A DNA stretch of 63,097 bases, the filler included, from Folioceros fuciformis (taxonomy: Eukaryota), in assembly GCA_049999805.1 (NCBI GenBank). It is 31 parts of 31 records of this genome, joined end to end, with 100 filler letters (N's around TTAATTAATTAA, not from the genome) between each part and the next. Parts side by side here need not be neighbours in the genome. Positions count along the whole stretch, not along the records: positions 1 to 1,314 come from JBNGIO010000052.1; positions 1,415 to 6,026 come from JBNGIO010000053.1; positions 6,127 to 9,794 come from JBNGIO010000054.1; positions 9,895 to 15,025 come from JBNGIO010000055.1; 27 more parts are not named here. One strand, written 5' to 3'. A model generated the notes under the pieces. That model was not told where the DNA came from. It was given only the letters and a program-made list of their open reading frames with translations, and made no database searches. How positions within the stretch are numbered: the first letter of the stretch is position 1; every line of letters begins with the position of its first letter. Below, in pieces: positions 1-9,895 of this stretch. A program made the position numbers and the translations under genes.

Positions 1-130
1 GCGCCCTAGCTGGCAGCTGCATCCTAGTCGGTGCCCTAGCTTGCAGCTGCGCCCTAGATGGCGCACTAGATGGTGCCCTAGCCCGGCGGCTGCGCCCTCT
101 AAGGCGCCCTAGCCCGGCGACTAGCACCCT
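1..130. repeat. GC-rich degenerate repeat (GCGCCCTAG motif) in the leader of an LTR-A element
   Basis: About 7 variants of GCGCCCTAG/GTGCCCTAG lie internal to the PBS at 215-226. Confidence 0.6.
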
Positions 131-214
131 TACTCCTCCTAGATGTCATCTTCTTGCCTTGTGTCTCCGTTCATATCACCTACAATAGACACAACCATCT
201 TGCTCCACACCCAA

Positions 215-226
215 GCTCTGATACCA
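215..226 (-). promoter_or_regulatory. tRNA-iMet primer-binding site
   Basis: GCTCTGATACCA is the reverse complement of TGGTATCAGAGC and sits 2 nt from the LTR end. Confidence 0.92.
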
Positions 227-228
227 GT

Positions 229-518
229 TGTAGGACCGCTGGAAGAGCTTGGTGAAAGAGAGGAGAGGAGGAGGCAAGGAGGAGGAGAAAGAGAGGTCAC
301 ACTCTCACAATATAGTCTCACATTACAAGGGAGCTCAAGGGGGTATTTATACCCTCTAGAAGAGCTCCCTAGGAAGCTTCACAAGAAGCCCATAGGAAGC
401 TGCACAAGAAGCTTCCTACAGATTAGCTTAAGTTAATCTAAACTAATGATACTTAGCTAGACACTAATCTTAGACTAAACACATTAGTCTAAGCACATTG
501 GGCTTTAATAACCCTACA
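229..518 (-). mobile_element. 5' LTR, family A (Copia, ~290 bp)
   Basis: TGTAGG...CCTACA inverted termini, TATAAATA box on the minus strand and an adjacent PBS. The LTR recurs 8 more times in the window. Confidence 0.92.
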
Positions 519-1075
519 ACAAGCTCCGCTTCAAAGCTGGTGAATTCGCGTATGCTGATTCTGACCATAGGCCTGCTGTGCCGATGAGATTTCCAGTTCC
601 GACACACTCTGATAAAGAAACCAAGATTGTGAGCCTTGGTTCTTTTGCTATTCCTTGTACCCCTTTTCGGTATAAGTGCTCTTACACCCACCTGAAGATG
701 GTACGAGTAAGGATGGAGCACTGCCGTGAGTATCAGCGTCATATTGTTAGGTTTTACAGTAAGTGTGCTTTGTCTACTTTTAGTCAGTATCCCCGTTGCC
801 TTCTTCTTACAATTCTCCAACAAGCTCCTACTTGCCCTACAGGATCTGAATTGTGGCTGGAGGAAGAGCACAGCCTAGAGGCTGAGAAGAGAATCTCCTA
901 CATGGAGTGTAGGAAGAGAAACTCTCCAAGATCGGATGAGAGCTTCACCACTCCCTCCGAACATGATTCTGATTCCTCTGAGCTTGATTCTTTTGGCAAT
1001 CGTGCAAGTGTGCCTGTTCATAATGTGGATGAAAGCAGCGGCAGTTTGGGACTTAAAACTGCAAGACTAAGGAAG

Positions 1076-1314
1076 TCACTTGGCTTGTTGGAGGGAGCCA
1101 GCTGGGGAAGCAGGCTTGTCGAAACCTTGGGAAGTGTTCCTGTTTTTAGGTTTAGTAGAATTCTTACGCTGTTGTTGACGTCCTTTGGTGACGAACATAA
1201 CCCGGTCTCCTTCATGTTTTGAAGTCCCGACGTTGAACCTGGCAGCCTCCTCTTGAAGGAGGGCTCTAGCGATCTCGGACACGGTGATGTTGGGTACCAT
1301 ACCCAACTGCACAG
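1076..1314 (-). pseudogene. Possible Copia gag remnant
   Basis: ITVSEIARALLQEEAAR...RVMFVTKGRQQQRK resembles the region after the UBN2 gag domain. No zinc knuckle was found. Confidence 0.35.
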
Positions 1315-1414
1315 NNNNNNNNNNNNNNNNNNNNNNNNNNNNNNNNNNNNNNNNNNNNTTAATTAATTAANNNNNNNNNNNNNNNNNNNNNNNNNNNNNN
1401 NNNNNNNNNNNNNN
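1315..1414. other. Artificial contig spacer N44-TTAATTAATTAA-N44 (first of 30)
   Basis: The identical 100-nt linker with stops in all six frames also starts at 6027, 9795, 15026, 16636, 17741, 20295, 22764, 25743, 27163, 28364, 29710, 31178, 32626, 34721, 36593, 38783, 40279, 42258, 43436, 45356, 47184, 48763, 49963, 51308, 53148, 55186, 56753, 58402 and 60273. Adjacent contigs are not genomic neighbours. Confidence 0.99.
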
Positions 1415-1514
1415 CCCTAACCCTAACCCTAACCCTAACCCTAACCCTAACCCTAACCCTAACCCTAACCCTAACCCTAACCCTAAACCCTAAACCCTAA
1501 CCCTAACCCCTAAA
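1415..1514 (+). repeat. Telomeric array (CCCTAA)n with degenerate proximal units
   Basis: 11 perfect CCCTAA units at the contig start, then CCCTAAA x2, CCCTAA x2 and CCCCTAAA. Confidence 0.95.
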
Positions 1515-4500
1515 ATAGTATATTAATATATACGAAAAAAGAGAGTATATTTAGTAGGTAAAGAGTTAATTTAGACTACTTCTAAAACTAAGTAATTCTA
1601 GTTAATACTACTTAATAGCTTTATTACTAGTAAACTATATAATTAAGCTAGTTAAAGGTATACTTAATCTATTATAATATATTAACCGTACTTTTAGAGC
1701 TATTTCTAATAACTAATTTATCTATTACTATATTATATACTTTAGTAATAGTAGAGAGTTTTTTAGTTAAGATATAAATATCTTCGAGTATTCTTAAGTA
1801 TAAAGTAGAAAACTAGTACTATACCTTATCTAGGTATTTTTAGATAAGCTATACTAGATTAAGTAACTTAAGAAGTAGAAAAAAGCTTTATATACTTATA
1901 GATATAAGCTACTATTATAGCTAGATAATTAAGGTTAACTATAAGAAAGTAAGACTATTTTAATAATCTACTCTACTAACTATATAAGAAGATTTACTTA
2001 TATAATAACTAGATAACTTAGCTTTATATATCTATTCTAATCTTTAATTAATTTACTTAAGTTAAATAATAGTCTTATATAATTAATATACTATAATACG
2101 ACTTTATAGTCTATTTTAGCTAGCTTAGTTTTTTTTTTAATTATATTTTACTCTATTTTAAGAAATAATATAGTTAGATTTAATATAGCTTTATCTATTT
2201 ATAATAGTTATAATATCTCTATTCGTTTCTAGCTATTAGTAATAATAGATACGTACTACTTAACTTAGATTATATTATAGCTATAGAAAATTAATCTAAT
2301 AAACTCTTATATATTATATCTTAAAGATAGTAGCTTTTAATACTAGTATTATAACTTTTCTTAATCTTAAAGTAAAACTTTATTATTACGTAAAGTATCT
2401 TAGTTTCTATAGATAACTTTAATCTACTCTAACTCTTATAGTAGATAGTTACTAATACCTTTATACTCTAAATAGTTATAAGCTATAGTATACTTTATTA
2501 TTATTTCTTAATAGTTATCTTACTAACTTTTTTAGTTATTTCTAATACCCGAAAAATTACGCTAGTATTAGTATTCTAGAGAAAATAATTAGGCTAAAGA
2601 AACTAAAGTATTCTAGTTACTAAGTTAGTTATAAATATAGAGTTCTTCTTTTTTAACTCTATACTAAAGGTATAAGCTTTAGGTATAATAGTTAGTATCT
2701 CTAATAATAATACTAGCGTTAATACTAATATAAGTATTAGATTATAAAGTAAATTACCTAAGTACTTTCTAAGATACTAGTAAGCTATCTAATAGTACTT
2801 AAGAATACTTTAGTTATTTATTTTAAATATTTTCTTTTACTTTAAAAACCTATCTTCTACTAGTTTTAGTATAGTAGTAAAAAGTATAATAAAACTAAAA
2901 TTAATAGCTTTATTTCTTAGTAATAGTTATTTTACTTTATATTCTACTTTAATAGTAGTATACTTAAGGCTTCTAGGTCTAGCTATAGTAGCTAATACTA
3001 ATAGAGCTAAATTAACTAATTAGATAACTTACTTATAGAAAAGCTTTAACTTATAAGAGCCTAGTATATACTTAATTTAGTATACGAGTATAGTAGTACT
3101 TAGTATACTAATCTAATTATCTCTACTTATAGTCTTTACTCTAGTATATCTTATAGTAGCCTAAAGTACTAAGAACTATATTATATTTTAAGAGTAGAAT
3201 AACCTACTAGTTATCTAGTTATATTAGAGATAGTTTTTATATAGGTCTTATATAAAGTTATATTATATTCTAGAGATAATAATAGAAGTAGTATTATCTT
3301 TAGATAGAAATAGTAGTAGAATTAGTTTATACTATCTATAAAGTATTAAAGTATAGAATAGAATATTATTTAAAATATATACTTCTATAAGAATAAATTC
3401 TTAGTTTAGAATTATTACTATACTTACTTTTACTATTCTTCTAATAGCTATAGAGTACTATAGCTACTACTATAACTACTTCTATTTAAAGCGCGGTTAA
3501 GATAATATATTATAAAAGAAATTATCTATAGCTTTTATAGTTTCTTAAGTATCTTAGTAAGAAATTTAGCTATACTACTTAGCTTTTATACTCTTAGCCT
3601 ACCGAGCTTATTAAACTATAGCTTACTATAGTAGCTAGCTATAACTTCTAGCCTATAATAGAAGCTAATAGATAATATATATATTAAGATAAGCTATCTA
3701 TTCTTATACTAGAGCTATTTTATAAGACTAAGGCTTCTAGTACTCTAGAGATTAAGTATAAAAGAATTAATAAATAGCTAACTACTCTATTTAATACTAT
3801 TAATTATTTCTAGTAGTATTAATATAGAGCCTATTAGTAATCTTAGAAAGCTAGTAAAATAATAACTACTAAAATAGTCTAGTATAGATATACCTTCTAC
3901 TAGTATAATATATAGTCTTTAGAAGCTAGTAGTATTAAATTATATATAAATACTATTAATAGCCTACGTAAATAATATAGTAAATAACTCTAGTATACTA
4001 GAAAATACTATTAGGCTAAAAGACTAAAATAAGTAGATATAGTACTATAGCTTTTTAAGAAAGAAATAAATTAACTAGAAGATAAAGCTAAGAATAGTTA
4101 AGAATTTTTAATAATCTTTTTTTAACTTAGAGATCTATATAGAGAAAACTTATTCTATTTAAAATATAAACTCTTTTTTTACTATAGTCTAATTAATATA
4201 TTACTACTTTTAAAAGAAAAACTTAGATAACTTAAAATTAGCTAAAAAGAGTTATTCTTTTAAGTATTATAATAAATACTTCTATCTTATAGTAATATAG
4301 GTAGATAGATTACTATTATAGTTTAGTAGTACTAGAGTAGCTATTATAACTTCTTTAGTAGTAAGTAGATTATCTAGTCTATAGTAAATACTCTATTTAA
4401 TATTAGTATAGCTCTAAAAGTATTTATAGTAAAGAATACTTACTCTATTATACTAGTAGTTTATATTTTCCTATATAATAGTAAAGAGATTATCTATTAA

Positions 4501-6026
4501 GAATACTAGTAGCTATAGAAAGAAAAAGTTACTATATACTAAATAAAAGGCTAGAGAATAAAAAGTAAAATCTTATATACTCTAAAACTTCTAGAGTACT
4601 ATATTATAGTTAGCTAAAAGATAGTATACTAACTTATTATTTAGATTAAATAAATAGCTATTAAAGTAGTTAATATTAATAGTAAGTATATATATTATAG
4701 TTTTAATATTACTAATACTATACTTTTACTCTAGTTTAATTTAAAGCTACTCTAAGCTATTAGTAAAAAGATACTAGTAGTTATAACTTAGATATAGAGT
4801 AGTACTAGTCTCTAGAAGTTTACTATTAATTGTTTTATTATATAGAAAACTACTAGCTTCTATATCTATTTTCTTCTTACTAGAATTAGAATCTTCGTTA
4901 GTTATATAGAGATAGGTCTCTTTTAGTATAAATTATAGGTACTTTATTACCTTAATTTTAATATTTACTTTATAGTTATATATATAGAATACTAGTTAGC
5001 TCTCTATTTAAAATAGATTCTATATATTTTATTATATATACTTAGGCTACTTTTATATAAATACTTTCTAGAAGATTATCTATTTATTAAATATAATTTT
5101 CTATATATATAGGCTATCTAATCTCTATAATAGCTCTATATCTTTACTTAAAAACTCTCTAATTAGAAATATCTTCTTAATATATAAAGTAAAGAAGCGT
5201 ATATAGTAAATTTATAAGATACTTAACTAAGATAATTTCTTATAGTATTTATAATACTTACTTTTAGATATAAACTCTTTAGAAGCCTTTATAATAGAAT
5301 ATATAATAATATACTATAATTCTCTAGTCGCGGCTATAGTTAACTAGAAAGTCTAGTACTTTAAGTTAAATAATAGTTTATAAATATACTTTATATTATA
5401 TAGTACTTACTAGTTTTTTAAACTAATAGTAATATTATTAAAGAACTAGCTTAATAGTTATATAATAGATTAAAGTAGCTATTTTATTATAATAATAAGG
5501 TTAAGATAGAAGATATAGATATACTTATTATTATTTAAAGTAGCTCTTAAATCTATTTTTCTACTTCTAAAGTTAAGTATATATTATCTTTAGAGTATAT
5601 TAATAGCTTATTTACTATTAAAAGATAGATTCTTTATTATAGTAATAAAATTCTATACTTTAAGATTATTAGCTAGTTAATATATATCTATAAATATACT
5701 TTAGTATACCTTTAAACTTATAATTCTCTTTAGTATAATTAATTTTCTATAAGTATTAGTTAGAAGCTATAATAACTTATTTATTATTACTAAAACTATC
5801 TTTATTAGTATTATAGTTCTAGTACTAGATAATAATAGTATTATCTAGTCTATTCTCGTTATTTAATATCTTACTAGTACTATTTTACTCGCGTTTAGAA
5901 TTTTCTACTTTAGAGATAGGTAACGATTCTAGAAATATATTATTAATAGTAATTAGACTAAAGTTAAGAAAATTATTATTAAAATTATTAGAATTTATAT
6001 TTATAAATTATTTATAGGTTATAAAG
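1515..6026. other. RIP-mutated AT-rich subtelomeric DNA (probable ascomycete)
   Basis: Very AT-rich and saturated with TpA. CpA/TpG are almost absent (I saw one TG near 4831) while CpG, CC and GG persist. No ORF of 60 aa or more. Confidence 0.85.
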
Positions 6027-6126
6027 NNNNNNNNNNNNNNNNNNNNNNNNNNNNNNNNNNNNNNNNNNNNTTAATTAATTAANNNNNNNNNNNNNNNNNN
6101 NNNNNNNNNNNNNNNNNNNNNNNNNN

Positions 6127-6350
6127 GACCTAAACTTTCCCAGGTCTGGGACCAGACTTGTACCCACTTCAATAACCAAACCAACTATTTCCTAGTCAAT
6201 TAACCTAATTAGCACAAAGAAAAATAGAAAAAATAACCAAAAAATAAAGAAAATTTAGGGAAAAGAAGTAGAAAAAGAAAACCAAACCATACCACTATTA
6301 ACCCTTTTTCAACCAAAACAAACTACTACCCCAAACTTTGGAGGTTGACA
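6127..6350. mobile_element. LTR terminus, family C
   Basis: Ends ...CCCCAAACTTTGGAGGTTGACA. Homologous copies at 36141, 36693, 47284, 51408 and 56633. Confidence 0.85.
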
Positions 6351-6850
6351 ACCGTCCTTGACCACTTTCTGGATGAAATGGAATGGCACTTCAATATGTT
6401 TGGTGCGCACATGGAACTTGGGGTTATAGTTGGGTGAGACGGCACCTTGATTGTCATAGTAGAGAGGTCTTGGCAAACGTTGTACTTCTCATAATTCTAA
6501 AAGTTGGAGTGGTTGCTATAGTCCCTCCTTGCTAGCATGCGTAAGTGAGCAGTACTATACTTCTGTAGAGCTTAAGGTTATACCTTTTTGTCGCTTGCTA
6601 GTCCAACTTGTGGAGTTAAACATAGTTGCTGATGCTTTTCCTGACACCATTATCCCCAACCCAATCAGCGTCACCAAATGCTTGAAGTTGGATAGGCTCA
6701 CCTCACTAAGTGGATGATTGATATAGAAGTCCAAAGTCGAATGTGAATCTAAGATATCTAAAGGTTTGCTTGATGGCCTTCTAGTACTATGGTTTTGGAG
6801 AGGATAGGAACTAGGAAAGAGCTCCCATTGGAAAGGCAAGGTCAAGCCTG
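6351..6850 (-). pseudogene. Decayed Copia RT C-terminus / RNase H
   Basis: WTSKRQKGITLSSTEV and NPKFHVRTKHIEVPFHFIQKVVKDG motifs, with frameshifts and stops. Confidence 0.85.
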
Positions 6851-6999
6851 GTGTAATCTTAGCTCAATCATTGTCATGAGGTCCCCACAGCCATATAGTG
6901 TGCAATCTTCAACAATTCTTGATGTAGCTTCCTTATGTGCTCATGTAGGTGGCTTGTTCTCCCTATGTTGTGAACGCTAGCTCACCTTTTGCCTCACCC

Positions 7000-8510
7000 T
7001 TTGGCTAACTGCATGCTCCTTTTGCAATAGCGTCTTCTTCAACTACAATTTTATAGTAACAAGCTCCTCTTGTAGGACTCTAAGTTGGGTTAAGAGACGC
7101 AATTGTAGGGCATAATTAGTTTGGAACCTTCTCTTCCTTATCACCAGCATCCTACTTGAATCCTACCCTCAATGGAGTTGAGCAGCATGTCTTAGCTCTT
7201 GTAATTTTTGCTCATGTCTAGCCTGTTCCCTCGACTATTGATCGCGAGTCCTTTCCTATAGTAGTTGAGCCTGCTCCTCAAACACTTGCTGATTCTCCTC
7301 GTCCTTATTCCAACTGTAGGCTCGCTACTCCTTGAATTTGGCCTCCGCCCCCACAATTGCATTACTTGCTCCCGTAGAGTGGTCTCCACCTATTTCTTCT
7401 CTTCTTGGACTCCCGCAAGCTCTTGCTGGACAACAACTTGGCCTTGACATTGTTGCGAGCCAACTCAACTTCTGTGACCTTTGCAAACGTTGAGAAACTC
7501 TAGGTCATTGTTGTAATGCCTCCCAATTTGTTTGCAGGTCTTTGTTCTCTCGTTGTAAATCCCTTACAATATCCTAGAAAAAAGCGAGATCCTTTTGATT
7601 GATTTGCTTATGTCTCATGTACTTCCTGAGTACATCCTCAACCTCTTGTAGGTTAAATCAAGTGACCTATTGACAACAAGACAGGAGGGTTATAAGAGCT
7701 TGATCTCCTAAACTGAGCTTTGTGATATCCTCCTTGTTCTTGAGGGGCTCTTGTGCCTCTACTACGGGATTGGAATGGGGGCAATCAGGAGTGCCATTGG
7801 TGCCAGTAACTCTTCCTCAACCTCCTAAGTGCAATCAATCTTTGAGATATTTCTCATGCTCCTCTTGTGGATCACCAATAGGGTAGGCACCTCCTCTTCC
7901 TCTTCTTCCTCCGTGTTGGCCTCAGCAGTTAGCACTGGTTCTTCTTCCTCTTCACCTTTGCTAGTAGAAGAAGGCAAAACAACCCGACACTCCATCATGG
8001 TGTACAATAGTGAAGGGCCTCTTTGCTTCATCAAACTCTACAACTGTTAGACTTACTTGATGTGGTCAGTACTCTAGCCATCCTTGTTCTTCAATTTGAT
8101 TCCTCCACTAAGCAAATCCACTGCTCAAGGAAGGAATTGAAGAGCGCCTCCCATTTGTCGTCTTGTCCATGAGGCTGATTCCGCTGCCCTCCTCCTTTGG
8201 CCGTCCATACACCTTCATGATGCTCTGCATTGTCCAATAGCGGGGTTAGTGTTGGCATTTTTTTATGGCAACGCCGCCAAGTTTGCCTCTGCCTTCAATA
8301 GGCTGCAATAACCTTCTGTCACCAATCCGGAGTGGGCAAAAGGCCAATGCATGCCATACACACATTCCAACTAAATGTTTTCCTCTATGGTCCATGGTCA
8401 AAACTCATGGAGGTCTTTGGCGTTGAGCTATCTAGGATAAAATGTGAAAAAGAGGATTTCTTCTTCGCTCGTCTAGTTGGCAAGCATTTGACTCCTAATG
8501 GCCTTGCTTC
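7000..8510 (-). pseudogene. Decayed ORF with acidic/coiled-coil stretch, probably retroelement-derived
   Basis: A broken frame starts MAKVVKGSKAIRSQMLAN and continues into E-rich segments (7825-8034, 7192-7389). No recognisable domain; boundaries approximate. Confidence 0.3.
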
Positions 8511-9614
8511 CTTTCACTACCTTGGCCATCTTTTATAGACTTTGCAAAATTCTATCGATTGCCAAAGGACAAGGACTCATGTTGAATTCCAAGCACCACG
8601 TGGAGACCCCAAGACCTAAGGAACTCTCCTACCTCCCTTGAGTGTAAAGAGTAGTGGGGGCGGAGACAATCACACACCACGCTCTCTAAGTTGCTCTTGT
8701 CGCAAAAATCCAGTGGGTGTAGGAGAAGTGAGTGAAGATTGGTACTACGTCTTCCACTCCGGCAGATCCTCTGTACCCTACAAGATACAATGTAGATTAC
8801 ATCCCTCCTAAACCCTGGGAGTTTTATCCTCCTTAAGTTAGTCCTAACCTGACTTTGTAACCTCCTTCTAACTAGATGTCGCCCACTGAAGTGGACCTAC
8901 TAACCCATCAACCCTGATAACCTATTAACCTAGTCGCTCACAAATTTGAAAGTCAATGGTCAGTCAATGAATAGGCACTATTGCTTCAGCTTCTCTCTAT
9001 CCTCTGACCCATAGGTACTATGTCCCATCAGCCCGTCAAACCTACAAGCCTACAAGTCCATAGACCTACCGACCTTTGATTATTAGTTTCTCAAAACCCA
9101 AGGACTTTAAAAAATCTAGAAACCACTGAAAAACAAATCCACTCGTAGGGCAAATCCTATCTCTTTAGGGTAGGTGCCCAATGCATACCCCAAAAATTCT
9201 TGTATCCACACATGACATTGCACACCGCATCCCATTTGGGCACCTATTGCACCACCCCACAGCTTTGGGCAGGACCCCGGAACGCACCACTGCACCACTC
9301 TCTTCAAGGTCACACCACTCCCTATACCCATATGTACAGCATAATGGAAAAAAAAGGACATATCACAACGTTACATGTCATGCAAAAAATGTACACAAAG
9401 CCCCCATTGCATATTGCAAGCCACTGTATGAAGACCCATTGCACACTACATGCATGCAATGGAAAACACTCATAAACATGTAAAGAATTTTCAATATTAT
9501 GTGTACAAAATACTAAACTACAAACTAATTCATCTTAAAATTCATCTACTAATAACAATATGACTGTTATTAAGCTTACTAAACTCCATGCATTTTCATT
9601 CAAAAAAATAATAG

Positions 9615-9755
9615 GAAGAGCAATTAAGATTGGAAAAGCTAGCAGAAGAGCAAAGGATTGCTGAAATTGAAAGAAGGGAAAAGGAAGAAATGAGAGAGCG
9701 ACAACGGCTTGAAGTGATCAAAGAGGCACAAGTTGAGCGTGATCGTAAATGTCAG
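9615..9755 (+). CDS. Isolated internal exon encoding a charged coiled coil
   Basis: tag|GAA...CAG|gtggg bounds 141 nt, phase 0-0 and stop-free: EEQLRLEKLAEEQRIAEIERREKEEMRERQRLEVIKEAQVERDRKCQ. Confidence 0.55.
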
Positions 9756-9895
9756 GTGGGCTTAAAGTTGCCATAATACTATGTCACATGTACANNNNNN
9801 NNNNNNNNNNNNNNNNNNNNNNNNNNNNNNNNNNNNNNTTAATTAATTAANNNNNNNNNNNNNNNNNNNNNNNNNNNNNNNNNNNNNNNNNNNNT

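Noticed and set aside
578-1222. 214-aa plus-strand ORF
   Set aside because: It has a non-ATG start, no recognisable domain, lies in TE context and overlaps a gag-like frame on the other strand.
1315-1414. Regularly recurring TTAATTAATTAA flanked by Ns, as a biological repeat or array
   Set aside because: It is an artificial six-frame-stop linker. ORFs containing X runs and any cross-contig synteny are artefacts.
3950-3985. ILLIAYVNNIV in RIP'd DNA as a relic RT YVDD motif
   Set aside because: It needs non-canonical back-mutations and I found no flanking RT motifs. It cannot be supported without a deRIP consensus.
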